A stretch of DNA of 63,875 bases, filler included, from Octopus bimaculoides (GCF_001194135.2; 7 parts of 6 records of this genome joined end to end with filler, not necessarily neighbours in it); one strand, 5' to 3'. Positions 12,741-28,574 are shown, counted from the whole stretch's first letter. Program-made: numbers and translations. The notes: generated by a model from the sequence alone, not told the origin.

Positions 12741-13900
12741 TATTATCCCATCCTATCCTATCCTATCCCGTGGTTGTGTTGTCGTTGGGATATTCCATGA
12801 TGACATCCCAATCAGGTTTTTCCACTTCCCTCTGTCTTCTGCTGCTATCTGTGAGTCGGAGAAACTGAGTCCTGTCCACACATTCGTGTTACAAGCTCAT
12901 ATTTTTCTTGGTCTGCCTTACTTTCGTTCTCCTTCATCTGGGCCTTGAAGAATTGTCTTTAATAAGACGGAACTTCATGTGACATGGTCATATCATTTCA
13001 GTTTTCTTGTCTTTACAATTGTTAACAGCTCCATGTATGGTCCGATAGCCTCAGTTATCATGATCCTCACTTCGTTATTCGTCATTTGTTCTTTGCACGA
13101 AATATCTAAGAGCCGACTGTAGCACCTGTAAGTGCAAATGTAATTGCACTTACATTTCTATCTAGTTCCGCTCTTAATATCCAAGCCTCGAAGCTTCACA
13201 GAAAGCTGGAAGTCACAAGTTATTGCATCAGCATAGCATTTTGTGTAGAGCCTAACTTTACTATGTTTCCAGATTTACTATGCAATTTCTGAAAGGATTT
13301 CTAGCCTGTATCCTTCGCCGGTAACGATAGCTCTTGGGAATTTGAACTTACCAACAGTTTCAAGTTTTTGTCAGTTTATGGTGATGTCATTTGTGACGCA
13401 TTCTGGATTATTGCTGGTCATGATATCGGTTTCCTCTGCAATTATTTCCATGCTGTGTGCCTTTGAGGTACTTTAAAGCTGTTTCACCAAGATTTCCAGC
13501 TCTGTTTTTGTTCTTGGCAGGGCATCAATGTTGTCGGCAAATCGGACGTTGCTGGTGATTCTTTCTCCAATGCTGAGTGTGCATTTATAATTTTCGAGTG
13601 CATCTAATATGATTTTTTTCTAGGAAGATGTTGAAGTATGTAGGTGAGAGCAGATATCCTTGACACACATCTAAGTTGTTCGAAAACAGTTACCGATGGG
13701 TCCCTTACAGCGGACAACACAAGTTGTATTCTCGTAGAGTTGGTGACTTCAATCTTGTTGTACTTTGCTAATGTGGTCGATGAAATTATAGGCCAGAATA
13801 CAATTGTATCAGAATAATATAGTACTTGAGTAATTGCACTCAACGCCTTGTTGTATACATGTTACTCTTTCTAGGTTATATTTGCAATATATATTCATCC
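12741..13900 (-). mobile_element. RTE-clade LINE, 5'-truncated and degenerate, with (GATAG)n tail
   Basis: FNIFLEK(I)ILDALENY and TLSIGERITSNVRFADNIDAL (FADD motif decayed); the minus-strand 3' end CCCAACGAC..GGGATAGGATAGGATAG is RTE-like. Confidence 0.85.
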
Positions 13901-14368
13901 CAATTCCCTAGGCAATCCGTATACTCTACTCACACTTATCCAGCTACGTTGTAGTAACACTGTAACTATCTACTAATTCCAGTACACAGTTGGAAAGCGT
14001 AGATGGCTATATACTGTGAACACAAAGCAGACGTAGCAATATATATGTGTAGGCATGGACAACAGATGTTCTGTTTCTATATTAATTATGAGATTTGAAA
14101 ATAATACCTAATGCAAGACAAATCGCATGGGAAACAATTGGTACACTTCTCAGTGGATGTTTCTTCACTTCGAACAAATTTTTTTCATTTCCCACTTCAA
14201 AATCTCGTATTCTTCGATACTTCACGGAACGTCATGGCACACTCTCGGCAATTAAAAGAACGGAATTGTCATCATTATCTAAATAGAGAACCTATTCACA
14301 CGAAATCTAATGTAATGAACTATTGAATTACACACACACAACACACACACACACACACGCGCACGCAC

Positions 14369-14423
<55 letters not shown>

Positions 14424-14911
14424 CGCACTAACACCTATACGTATGTATAGTCATAATAGAGACACTAGAAAAACAAAATGGATTTTCAAAATCTGTTTAA
14501 CCAAGTTTCGTGCTGTTATGCTGCCTTCGGAAAAAGAGTGACGGGAAAGTTGGAGTAAACAACTGTTGATAACCCGGTTTTCTTAATGCTGTAAATAATA
14601 TGTAACTCTCCTTTATATATTAAGTTAATAACATAGATATGCTTAAAAGTGTGCTTGTGTGTATGTTTTGGTGTGGAAGAGAACATGCATGTGTAGTTAT
14701 GTGGATTCATAATGCATAATTTTATAGATACAATATGATATATACTTACATAGAATGGAGGTTACATTTTGCGTAGATGAAAACGCGGTCAATATTTATA
14801 TATTAAAAGTAAAATATATAAAAGCAGGGAAATAAGTAGAGGAAATAGCTAATAATTGTTCGTCTTCTGTGTGCATAAGCATTTCTTATTAAACATGTAG
14901 GTATACATAAG

Positions 14912-14982
<71 letters not shown>

Positions 14983-15009
14983 CCCACTCTCTGTCTCTCT
15001 CTTAACATA

Positions 15010-15109
15010 NNNNNNNNNNNNNNNNNNNNNNNNNNNNNNNNNNNNNNNNNNNNTTAATTAATTAANNNNNNNNNNNNNNNNNNNNNNNNNNNNNNNNNNN
15101 NNNNNNNNN
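15010..15109. other. Artificial assembly spacer 44N-TTAATTAATTAA-44N
   Basis: Exactly 100 bp; the palindromic 12-mer gives stops in all six frames; identical spacers at 38205, 41361, 47093, 56527 and 61893. Confidence 0.95.
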
Positions 15110-15162
<53 letters not shown>

Positions 15163-16924
15163 CTTATGTATATATATATGTAAATTCCTGTGTGTTTATG
15201 AGGGTGTAGTGTGTCAGAGTTCGACAGACTCAGCTCGTTCATTGCCTATTTTTAGTTGTTGAATGTGTTTTGCTTCAAGGTATGAAGGAATTCGAATTGG
15301 GTTCCAATCGACTTTCAGGAATGAAGCGGAACAGAATAATAGCTTACAAGCTGATTGTCATTGTGCACAATATGCGAAGATAAGTTTGTCTGTGTTATGT
15401 TCGTTGTTCAGCACCCGGTCAAAATGAACTAAAACAGAATTCGGTTTTTATTGAAATACCAATCTGTTCCACATTATCTAGGAATACATTATATAATGGG
15501 TGCGTTTCTCCTTTTAAGACGCATCGTGCACTTTGAGTGAGGCCTGGTTGCTACTTCTGGCGAATCGAGTGACACAGCACAAATGTCAATGAATTAAAAT
15601 ACTTGTCCTATTATATAAACAAGTGGCAGTGTTGTATATCTTCCATGAACATATCCCCGGATTAACATAAACATTCTGATTGAACGATTTCACCCAACCC
15701 TGCTTCAGAGAGGGAGAGAGAGAGAGAGATGTGCTTCATAGGTGGATGGTTTCATGCTTCTAATTATGCCCTCTTAACACCCATGGTTTCTCCAGTTAAT
15801 CCTCACCCAGAAATAATAATAATAATAATGCCCCATCATTTCTGAATGTCGGTACTGGCTTTTCTTCTTCCTCTGCATATATATTTCTTGCAGTCGTCGT
15901 CTTGGAACATTTTAAACGGAAGATCTGTGAAATCCATTTCTGCAGTCACGGAGGGCTTGTCACGTTCTGGGTAGTGCAGTTTCCTCCAGACAAAACAAAT
16001 AAAGTGTGGCGTTTAAAACATTGATCGATAACAGATATAAACATACATACGAATATATTAATATATTTCAACAGATTTCATTTCTTTACATGATTTATCT
16101 TCACTATGTCGATATACGTCAGATGTATATTCACTAAAAATAGAATTTCTTTCGTTTTATTTTATGTGAGTTTTTTTTTTTAATGTAAAACAAAACAATG
16201 TCTTCTACGGTCTTTTCTGAAGTGAAGGGTTAAGGAAAACGTCGCTGCTTTGATCAGATGTTTATTCCTGCATGCAGCAATTTGTCAGCTAAAACCAGAA
16301 TGTGAAAAATTTCTATCATATTACTTGTCATATGTCAGCGTAGAACCGGAATGCTGTCAAGTTAGTACACTTGTAGTCTTGTTATATTACATATTTACAG
16401 GTATCAAATTCGTTGCCTTATAGTCTTCTGTGTTAAAGTCTGTCTAGATCAATGTAACCTATTTAAACTTTTGTTACAATCAATGTAATTTTGAATGAAA
16501 TGGCCAAACAATTTTTAACTTCTTCGTTTGTTACAAGTGAACATGATGTTAGACAATGTCAGACAACGTCAGATGATATAAACGAATGAAAAAAAATTCC
16601 ATTCACCGTCAATTTAGTTGCATTTGTTCAGACAAGCAGTGTGGTTATACATTCCGATCTGCTAACAGTGCAATGTCGTGTTCAAATTCCCTGCTCGGCA
16701 AACATGTATAACGTCTTCTGCTGCCTCATGGGGGAACGAATTCTAGAAAAGGAGCATATTTCTCGAGATATTTGCAGTGCTTGGAAAACTCTGTACAGGT
16801 TATACACTATAAAGCTTTTGATGTACATAAAAAGTTTCGTAATTAAACAGCACATGCATTTTTGTTCCACCAGAATTGTCCGGCATTCGCCATGATAGAT
16901 CGCTGACCACTACATTTATATTTT

Positions 16925-17065
16925 TTTCTCCTTGTTTCTCTCCTTGTTTCTTTCTGTGTTCCTTTCAGTTGAAGAGTGTAGGCTCGAAACGTCAAAGACT
17001 TTCTCTATTCCCAAGCGTTAAACTAATACATCTATTTGTTGTTTACACCACCTGTCTTCGTCTAT
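16925..17065 (+). mobile_element. Probable Penelope-like terminal repeat fragment with hammerhead-like motif
   Basis: TTGAAGAG..CTCGAAACGTC motif typical of Penelope-like element termini; family assignment is inference. Confidence 0.35.
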
Positions 17066-17129
17066 TGTTTTTTTTCTTAAATTCTCCCATGAAAAAGGAT
17101 ACTACTAATACTAATACTATTACTATTAG

Positions 17130-17174
<45 letters not shown>

Positions 17175-18069
17175 AACAACCAATGACAACAACACACTAG
17201 TATTTATGATGTTTCGGAGAATGCGCGCATACACACCAACGCGTACAGGCACACACGTACACATACATATATAAGAGTATCGTAAGCGATAAACTCTTTT
17301 GTTTCGATTTTATATGTGTATTTGTGACTTAGCAAGTAGACTAATATGTGAGGACATGTGTGAATGAGACCACGGAAAAAGAAAATGTAAATAGTGAATG
17401 TAGAATATGAACGAAAAAAACAAAATCGATACAAGAACACATGTGTTAGATCAAGGGACTAACAATATTCCAATCAGCTTTTCATGTATATTATCTTCGC
17501 TTAACTACTTCGTGAATATCTCATTATTTCCGAAAAACTAAAATAATCAAGATGCCTTATTGACGTCAGATCGTCCAAGTTTACTATTATGTATTGAAAT
17601 TACACATTTGCGTGATTGTAAAAATGTGTCACCCTTCGTATTAGTTGTAGTTCTAGCGTAACCGCCTGCTGTACACTTTTCGTAAATGCCCGCTAAATGC
17701 TATTAAGGTCAGACCACGTCTTATCTTTCGATTTTATACCTAAATATATTCCGTTGCATCAGATATCGGTATTGATTTATGATAAGATAAAAAATAGCGA
17801 AAAAAAGGTTACAATATTTGTAGGTTGATGCGAGAATCGGCCAATTAAATACCTGACATATATTTTATCGAAACCGAAAAGCTAAAAGGAGAAATGTAAC
17901 CCAGTGTGATTTGAACTTCAAACGCAAAATGGCAGAAGTAATTATTGAATGATATATGAAACAGAACTGTATAATGTCTAGCATTGCATCAGCTTCTAAG
18001 TAAAATCAATAATAAGGCTACAATACTTTCCTCACTGTCAACACTCTAAGTAAGTACACATCCCTACTA

Positions 18070-18335
18070 CTTTGCAGCAGTTTCTGTTCTGACAATTACA
18101 ATGAACATTTCATTCCAAAGAATTTGGTTAAGAGAAGCACATCACTATAACCAGACAAGGCGTTTTGATAGTCCATAGTCACCGCTTTTGTATGCAAATA
18201 TTTCTTCAGACAGAAAATAAACCATTATCAACAGAGTTTAAGAACTCACTAACAAGTCTAAGTTGATGCTCTTTCATATCACTTAACTGGGAGATTCGTG
18301 CCTAGAGGCAAGGCCAAGTCGAGGGTAGTTGGCAT
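18070..18335 (-). mobile_element. Possible degraded non-LTR RT fragment
   Basis: Minus-strand ANYPRL.. and TMDYQNAL.. loosely resemble NYRPI and +DY.KA.D RT motifs. Confidence 0.25.
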
Positions 18336-18347
18336 AAGAATTGTGGC

Positions 18348-18378
<31 letters not shown>

Positions 18379-19399
18379 CGCATTCACACACACACATATA
18401 TATGAACGTGTGTACGTATATTTATTTNNNNNNNNNNNNNNNNNNNNNNNNNNNNNNNNNNNNNNNNNNNNNNNNNNNNNNNNNNNNNNNNNNNNNNNNN
18501 NNNNNNNNNNNNNNNNNNNNNNNNNNNNNNNNNNNNNNNNNNNNNNNNNNNNNNNNNNNNNNNNNNNNNNNNNNNNNNNNNNNNNNNNNNNNNNNNNNNN
18601 NNNNNNNNNNNNNNNNNNNNNNNNNNNNNNNNNNNNNNNNNNNNNNNNNNNNNNNNNNNNNNNNNNNNNNNNNNNNNNNNNNNNNNNNNNNNNTATATAT
18701 GGATGTGTTTGTACATATGCGTGCGTGTCGATTCACATATATTCATATATACATATGTACATACATATGTACGTACGTTCAATTATGAGTACGTCGTTAT
18801 TTTCTTGGCTATAGATTTTTTTTTTATTAATTTTATTCCCTTCGTGTTTTCATTTCTCTAAAGTGTGTTTCATTTTTCTATATCAACATTTTGCCCTTAC
18901 TTGACAGTTTCCCATATCATTTACATGTAACTGGATGGGCAACTATGTATATTTGTATAATAGTAAGAATGCTGACGCCACCAAAATGGATCTTATAATA
19001 TATTAGACGGAATATATTACAGTTTGCGGTAGAAAATCTGCACTTAATCTCAGCTTACAGAAAAGCCACTTCACTTTGTTGCCTAAAGTCAGGCTGTTTG
19101 GAAATGTGGATCTACTATCTTACAAAGCTCTGCTGGCGTTATGATATATCAAAATACGCATTAGAAAGTTAAAACTTTCGCATATTTATGCGAAGGTTAT
19201 CACGTGCTAAAACGCAAATGTGCACGAGCTCAAGCATATATAGACGTATATACTTATGTAATTTCTTTGATACATGCAAAAGCGTTTCTCCTAAAAAATA
19301 TGTACACAGGCAGACGAAGACGCACGTGTGTACACATATACATATCTAGATATATACATGCATTCATACATACATATATATATGTATATATATATATAT

Positions 19400-19457
<58 letters not shown>

Positions 19458-20097
19458 NNNNNNNNNNNNNNNNNNNNNNNNNNNNNNNNNNNNNNNNNNN
19501 NNNNNNNNNNNNNNNNNNNNNNNNNNNNNNNNNNNNNNNNNNNNNNNNNNNNNNNNNNNNNNNNNNNNNNNNNNNNNNNNNNNNNNNNNNNNNNNNNNNN
19601 NNNNNNNNNNNNNNNNNNNNNNNNNNNNNNNNNNNNNNNNNNNNNNNNNNNNNNNNNNNNNNNNNNNNNNNNNNNNNNNNNNNNNNNNNNNNNNNNNNNN
19701 NNNNNNNNNNNNNNNNNNNNNNNNNNNNNNNNNNNNNNNNNNNNNNNNNNNNNNNNNNNNNNNNNNNNNNNNNNNNNNNNNNNNNNNNNNNNNNNNNNNN
19801 NNNNNNNNNNNNNNNNNNNNNNNNNNNNNNNNNNNNNNNNNNNNNNNNNNNNNNNNNNNNNNNNNNNNNNNNNNNNNNNNNNNNNNNNNNNNNNNNNNNN
19901 NNNNNNNNNNNNNNNNNNNNNNNNNNNNNNNNNNNNNNNNNNNNNNNNNNNNNNNNNNNNNNNNNNNNNNNNNNNNNNNNNNNNNNNNNNNNNNNNNNNN
20001 NNNNNNNNNNNNNNNNNNNNNNNNNNNNNNNNNNNNNNNNNNNNNNNNNNNNNNNNNNNNNNNNNNNNNNNNNNNNNNNNNNNNNNNNNNNNNNNNN

Positions 20098-20143
<46 letters not shown>

Positions 20144-21200
20144 TGCATATATATATACATATATGTGTGTGTCTGTATATACATGTATGTATATATGTAT
20201 GAATATTTACATGCATATATGGATTTACGTATCTATATCTATATAAACAGATTACATACAACCATATAAAGAAACATATACATTTGTGTGTGTGTATATA
20301 TATACACACAAATGCATATGATTGTATATACTTTTGTGAGTGTATACACACACACACCAACATATAAAAACATAATCTTTCCTTTCCAATTCATTTCCTG
20401 GTTTGTCAGTTATAACAATGACACAAGCTGTGATTTCACGTCTCTTCCGGGAAATAATGCGTGTTTATCATGACATTTATTTCTCTCCAATGCATTAAAA
20501 CTCAACGTTCTTACTGTTCGTTAAAAACTTCTGATAAATACAAATGTATATCAAAATAGCTTTCACGTTTTCCGTATTTATCAAATTTAAGAAGTATTAG
20601 GAAATCACTATAAATGAAATAATATAATAATAATAACCCGTATAATTACTCTTTCAGTATAACAAAGATAAATAATAGTGACGGTAACATTTCCTGTCAA
20701 GAAATCAGAAGCTATTAAAGACGAAAACATATATAATTTTTACTTATATGGGCACGGTGCATGCTTTGAGTGGTGTATACATAATATCCTTTAGTGAGAC
20801 GGAGATGAAAATATAGATATTTCATGTCATTTATATAATGCATATTACATAATGATCTCCTCACTGTCATCTGTTCATAACCAACTAATGGCTCTGAGGA
20901 GATCGTTATATACACCGCATTATTGCCATAAGAATAGTGTTGTCATCCAAGTCTTCATCCATTGTATTCGAGTTGTTACTGCATGATATTGAAACGCTTT
21001 GCAACTGAGGAATAAATGTACTACCGTTAAATTTCTCCTCCTCCTCTCATTATATATTCCTTACGATGGATGATAGCATTCTGGATTTTCTGTTAATTTT
21101 GAATAAATGTTTCTCATGAGTAAATTCTCTTTCATACATATACATTCTCAGACAGTCGATGTTAACTGAGGTGCTGTATGCTGATTTAAACATGTCTGAT

Positions 21201-21248
<48 letters not shown>

Positions 21249-21499
21249 ACAAATTATATATGAGCATATGCATGTATAATACATATATGTACATACCTAC
21301 AATTACATGTATATATAGATGCATATCCGGGTACAGGACGTCAAAAAACGTGGACAAAAAAGGAACGGGAACATAAACAAAGCACAAAAACGAACATATT
21401 TTTACGAACAACAGAATGAACACATAGAAAAAACAGACAAGCCACTTATCGAACTTTCCCTTCATCAGCTGCCTCTATTCTAAACTAGGCGTTTCGATA

Positions 21500-21538
<39 letters not shown>

Positions 21539-22269
21539 ATATATATATTACAAACACATACACATGCACGCACACGGACACACCTACACATACACACACA
21601 CACACACACACGCACACAGAGTCTGTCTACCCCTCCTCTCTCCCTCTTTCTCTCTGATATATGATATTCTAATAAGGGTATTATCTGACTGTGCATCTGA
21701 GAATTAAAAGTGTCCGTCTATCATGCCTTTCACCTCGTTTTCTTGATGTTGTTCTATTTGTGAAATGAAGAAGGAATTTAACACTCATTTTGACAGAGCA
21801 CTATATAAAAGAATTTATTCATATTGTCACAACTTCTCCATAGCTGTGTCACTAAATTGTGATTTGTTAAATCTTGTCACCGAAATTTCATTAAACTTAA
21901 TAATATCAATATATAAATATTCACTGTTGCTGTGTAAGGAAACAAAACCTATATGAATATTTACTGAAGTAAATATTCATTTCATAGAAGTAAATATTCA
22001 TATTCAAATGTTGAGATAGATTTGGAATCCGTAATATGACACACAATGAGTCCTGTTCTGATTCATATTCAGATCCCCATTTCCGTATTCTTAACATATG
22101 CCATAAACCTTTAATCTATTCATCCCATTATCACTTCTGAGTTTTATGAATGTGGATTACACATTTACAATTTTATAGAACTTAATAAATAATTCTCAGA
22201 TAATGTCATTTGGAATCAGAAATTTAAATTAAGTAACGTACTAAATAATGATCTATTATGCTGGAATAT

Positions 22270-22324
<55 letters not shown>

Positions 22325-23091
22325 AACATACATATATATGTATATATATTTACATATATATATATATATATATATATACAAACATNNNNNNNNNNNNNNN
22401 NNNNNNNNNNNNNNNNNNNNNNNNNNNNNNNNNNNNNNNNNNNNNNNNNNNNNNNNNNNNNNNNNNNNNNNNNNNNNNNNNNNNNNNNNNNNNNNNNNNN
22501 NNNNNNNNNNNNNNNNNNNNNNNNNNNNNNNNNNNNNNNNNNNNNNNNNNNNNNNNNNNNNNNNNNNNNNNNNNNNNNNNNNNNNNNNNNNNNNNNNNNN
22601 NNNNNNNNNNNNNNNNNNNNNNNNNNNNNNNNNNNNNNNNNNNNNNNNNNNNNNNNNNNNNNNNNNNNNNNNNNNNNNNNNNNNNNNNNNNNNNNNNNNN
22701 NNNNNNNNNNNNNNNNNNNNNNNNNNNNNNNNNNNNNNNNNNNNNNNNNNNNNNNNNNNNNNNNNNNNNNNNNNNNNNNNNNNNNNNNNNNNNNNNNNNN
22801 NNNNNNNNNNNNNNNNNNNNNNNNNNNNNNNNNNNNNNNNNNNNNNNNNNNNNNNNNNNNNNNNNNNNNNNNNNNNNNNNNNNNNNNNNNNNNNNNNNNN
22901 NNNNNNNNNNNNNNNNNNNNNNNNNNNNNNNNNNNNNNNNNNNNNNNNNNNNNNNNNNNNNNNNNNNNNNNNNNNNNNNNNNNNNNNNNNNNNNNNNNNN
23001 NNNNNNNNNNNNNNNNNNNNNNNNNNNNNNNNNNNNNNNNNNNNNNNNNNNNNNNNNNNNNNNNNNNNNNNNNNNNNNNNNNNNNNNNNNN

Positions 23092-23138
<47 letters not shown>

Positions 23139-24237
23139 CGTGCGTGCGTGTGCGCCGTTTTCTATATAGAATAGTGAATTAGATGTTATGATGACAATTT
23201 CATCGATCCAAATATAACACAATATTTATTTTATCAATACCACCTTCTGCAAAAGCAAATCAATGCTGTTAGAAGTCAAACATTCTTTTATGAAGGACGA
23301 AAGCTAAACATTTGAAGGCATTTTTTTAGATGCTCTACTGCGCCTGCATCAACTTAGTATGCATCATAATTTCAGACGTACATCTATTTATTGATTCGTT
23401 TGTCTTTGTTCTGACATTATTTATGCTTACGTTTTCTAGTAGGCCCTTATCTTTTTAAGGATGAAATTTGCGAGATATTTGACTTCTATAGGCATGGGAA
23501 CCAGTGACTAATTGGACCTTCGTTTTCGGAGTGATCACTGCTAATTTTATAATTTTGCATACATAGAAGTCGTTTGGTATTAGTGAACTCTGATTTGATA
23601 AATGAACTAACTGACGATGCGAAAACCATGACCATCATGTGCTTACTGAAGGAGACAACACCAGCCTTTACTTTACTTTTTTGAAACGGCAATAAGGTTG
23701 GATGCTTTTTAACCATAAAGAGCAACCGGCTATAAGCTTCTCTCATTGGATGTTGTTTTTTTCTTAATTAGTCATTGCATTAGATACATCGGCATCTGTA
23801 AGCCATATCCCATATAAAATTATGCTTACAGATAATATGACCCACCTCTCAAAAAAAAAAAAAAAAAAAAACTGCTGCTGCTGTTGTGATAATACTCGAC
23901 TGAGCTACAGACTGACTCCAAAATCCCACGCAATCATGTGGTAAACCAAAACGAATGACTGAAGCTTACTCTGTAAAGCACTCCGCAAACTAGCCGCGAA
24001 GGGGCGCCATCATCCTGCCAACATCCTGTCTTGGCATGCAGGTGGAGACAAAGAAAATAGCTGATGTCGCATTCATAGCCTTAATATCTCATGATCTGAG
24101 CTATTCAATGGAAGACTCGCATCTAAAATCTACCTTGAATCCGTATCAAATCTTGCATTCTTCTCCTAGATGATGATTTGAACGCAACTTGCATGTCCAA
24201 GTACATTTAAGTCATATGAAGTTGAAACAAACTGTTA

Positions 24238-24281
<44 letters not shown>

Positions 24282-27200
24282 ATACTACTCATATAATGCT
24301 TAAATACACCTGCAAGTACTCAAACACTTCTTGTATTTAGAGAATTTAGAGTAATGAACAATTATTTTGCGGAGATAAATTAAAAAAAAATATATATGAT
24401 ACATTTAAAAGTAAACAGCAGAAAAGCACGCATTTAAGTAAGTTGAGAGAGCGGAAGGGAGAGAGAGAAAAGTGTAGAGGGTAGGAATGATTATCGCAGG
24501 TAATTTCTTGTATATTCTGCTTTGCACTTTCCCAGAGATATATACAAGGTTCGAATTACATCTGAGGCATACTTTGCTTTCTCTCTCCTCCCATTTTTAA
24601 GGAGTTGCTGAAAATCGTGTTTATGATCTTAGCAATTACTTCGTAAATAATTTTGTTCATGGAGTTTTCCAAGTTATCATAATATAAAGTTCAAAGAGCT
24701 CACTATGTTGAGATTTAGAGTATGGAATTTTTCTTCTCCTACTATGATAACTAACAATCCAATTACTGTATAAATATATCATAAATTATAAAGAAGTGAA
24801 TAAGAAATTTATTGAATATCATGTGTCATACCACTAATTCCTTACATACGTATGTTAACTAATGATAAACAAGCCAACGAAGGAGGCCACTTGACCTACT
24901 ATGAATATCAGTTTAATCTACCTTAAACACACATACATCGACACATTTTCTTGTTTTACGAAATGAAGATAACATTTGATATTGTAGCTGTAAATGAACT
25001 AACTATATTTAAAAATAAGACAGGGTGGTAACAAATGCAACACCCTCGTACAGAGATGAATTCAGTGATTGCTGATCTGGTGTTAAAGAACTACAATCAT
25101 AACAACCACAAAAAATATCACTTTTACTTCAGAAACTGATACTGAGAAAAACAAAAAAAAAAAGCAAAATAGTTATCTCTATCCTTTCATTAAATACAAG
25201 TGTTTGTATATTCAACGAATTTACTTAGTTAAGTAAAAGAGTAGAATCCGAGGAAACAAATGTTGTTATGCGTAGTCAAAAAAGTAACACAAATATTCAG
25301 ATGTTTGAAAGTCGATGTTTCATGTCGTGACAAAAAGACACCTGACGTTTTGCACTATCGAACATAGCGTGAGAAAGAACGAAAGGATGAGAAACAGAAT
25401 AAGTAAATGTCTAGTTACTCGCCTGGAAAATTGAGGATGAAAAAGATAGAAAGGAGAAAGTAAAGTCAAGTACTTGGAAAGAACTGGAGAGAAAGGGATT
25501 GAGAACCAGTCTTTCCTGTTCTTTCATTATATCTTCATTTTCACTGTCCTCAGTGCTATTTTCTCCAAACAATTTAGGTCAGTCTTAGCAAATCTAGTTC
25601 CCCTGAATTCTCTTTACAGTCGAGACATTTTGATAATTCTTCTTTATAAGCACAAGATAATTCTTCTCCACCACTCCCATTACGATGCTGTTTACAACTT
25701 GCTTATCGTTTGATTATTATTTTCTCTATCACCTCCTTATCCTCTGTGAAAATTATCTCCTATCACCTACATCAACCACCTGCCCTCATTATTCCCATTA
25801 ATCAGTAGTTTACTGTTACATTGAATATTCTATTACATAATATATTGCAAGTCTCCCACTATATTTACGCGACTATCTTCACTAACCACACCATCTCACA
25901 CATTCTTATTCTCTCTCCATCTCTATCTCTCTCTCCACATCTTCATCTAAGCCCTGACTTCACTCACGACTTATTAATATTCTATCCGTAATTTTGCGGT
26001 ATCTTGACTAAATTACCATAATACTTTTCTCACTTTGTTAAACTTCACATTGTCCACACTGCATAGAATATTTGTGCGAAATATTTGTATTACTTATAGC
26101 AGCAGAATTATGAATATGAAAGGACTACAATCAACCATCACAACCAATAAACCGGTAAACAATAATCCCAAAGTCTGTCTTTTATGAACATGCATGCCAC
26201 ACCTACGCGCACACCTTTGCACATGCACGCACATGCACAGACATGCACCCATACCCCGCACTCTCCCTCTCTCACTCTCTCTCTCTCTCTCTCTCCCTCT
26301 CTCTCACACACACACACACACACACATTTATATGAATAAACACTGAAAATACTGTCTGGGTTCTTCTGAAAATAATTATAGAAATAAATAATTACACACG
26401 CGAATATTTTCACAAATTTTGAAGATTGAAATATTGAAATGCTATAAAGCAACAAACATCTTATGTATTCATTTTTTATATTAATTAATTGCACATCTTC
26501 AATTATATTGATTAAATTTAGAATCTGTTGAAGAAGAATTAATTATATTCTAAGGAGCATTTGTTTTCGAAGTACATAGAGAACGAGTATATTTATCTGT
26601 TGTTTTTTCTTCGCTTTAGGTTTAATCATGTGCACTTGATAGTCTTTAAAAGTAATCTAGCTAAAATGGCCGACAATGTACGTGGTGCAACAAAAATATA
26701 CTTATTTATTGAAAATGTACTGAATAGCTTAAAGTAGTATTATATGTGTTTATTAATTTCACAAGAACACCATTTTTTTCTTATAACATCTTAACTTCTG
26801 GTACATAAGTGTTTAATAATATTTTCTAGATGCTTAAAATGTATGAAAAAATGAAAAGTATCAACACTATTTCAATATTTATACAATATCTAATTCACAT
26901 ATAAAGAGTTCTTTGACGAGTAATGTTCGAATGTTTGATAGCTTGACTCTTGTCAGCTGACACATCTAAGTAAAATTTTCTATCATACGGTAACAAAATG
27001 TACATATGTGAGCCAATATAGCAATACGTACCTAAAGATCTATTTAAATATATCCATATGACTTGGTTATTTCTTTTTTCTTTCATGAGATAAATAAAGT
27101 AATCACTCTAAGATACACAGCATGGAAGTGAAAATTTCAATAGCTCCTTAATGAATTAGGCCACAATAGCAGATGCAACAAGATTATGTAAAAATATAGA

Positions 27201-28297
27201 GCATATAGTATTAAGTAATGAAATATTAAGAAAGAGAAAATACAACAAATATATAACAAATATATGAGAAAAGTTGATACAGTATTACTTGAAAGTTATG
27301 AAGTGAAATGTGTCGCATAATTTCTTTCTTGTTAATATCTCAAATACAGTAATTGTGTAGTATTCACCAAAAAGGTTAAATTCTCATATTTTCTAAAGAG
27401 CAAAAATTATTAGAGCATATTCACAATATTTAATGATAAGGCAGAATTTTGAAGAATAAAATAAGAATATATATTTATGGGAATAAATATATAGTTTACT
27501 TTATTTCATATGCTTTTGAACATTTTCTCAGTGAAGTAATTAATTGGACCATATCTATAACTGCAAAAGTTCGTATTAAATATTGTTCACTTACGTTTTT
27601 TTTATACTTATAATTGCTTATTAATTACTATATTGATAACGCCATATGTTATTGGTTAATATATAGTGCAATAAAAAAGAATATTAAGAAAAATAACATT
27701 GAAATAATGAACTGAATTATTAGCTTCATTCAAAATTACATATCTCCCATAGAAGAACAATTTTTCTAAAAAAATTCTAAACACTTGTTTTCTCGCCTCA
27801 ATTCCGACTATTATACCGCAAAATTTTATGTCTTTCATTTCTGATGCGTAGAAGTAACCTTCACCTCCAAATAAACATTTTTTTTTGATGTAGGAAATAT
27901 ATTTTGAAGTACATTTAACCGAATGGAATCGGCCATGGTCAGCTTTCCTGGCAGCATTTACATGTAATATTTCATTATATAAAATATATTTTAATTACTT
28001 GTATAAAACGTTAATTAAGCAAAGATATGTGAATTTAGGATGCAGTGTATAACACGTTGCAGGTGTAAGAATGAAAATAAATCAATTGGTTTTATAATGA
28101 ATGTCACTCATTTTACGACTGCAAAAATATTTAAGTGATAAATGGTAAAAAATTGGCAGCTAATTTTTCGAGTGTATTTTATGAATTGCTTCGCTATGCC
28201 CCGCAGTAATATAATTTATAGCGTTTCAAGTTGATATTTCACAAAATGTCAATAAATTTCTTAATTTCGCTTGAATATTAAATCCCGTCTGTACAAT

Positions 28298-28338
<41 letters not shown>

Positions 28339-28574
28339 TGCATATGTATGTATGTATGCATGTGCGCGTTTGTGTGCAAGTGTGTTGTAAGTATGCGTAT
28401 GTGAGTTTGTGTGTAAAAATATGCATATACACACATACACGCACACACAAATATATCAGAATCTTTTAAAGAAATTTATGCTAATTCTTTACTAAACAAA
28501 AAAGTCATACGTGGATGTTGTCATTTCTATTCTTTAAATTCATTTACTAAAGTTAAACAAAAGACGAGCAGCAA

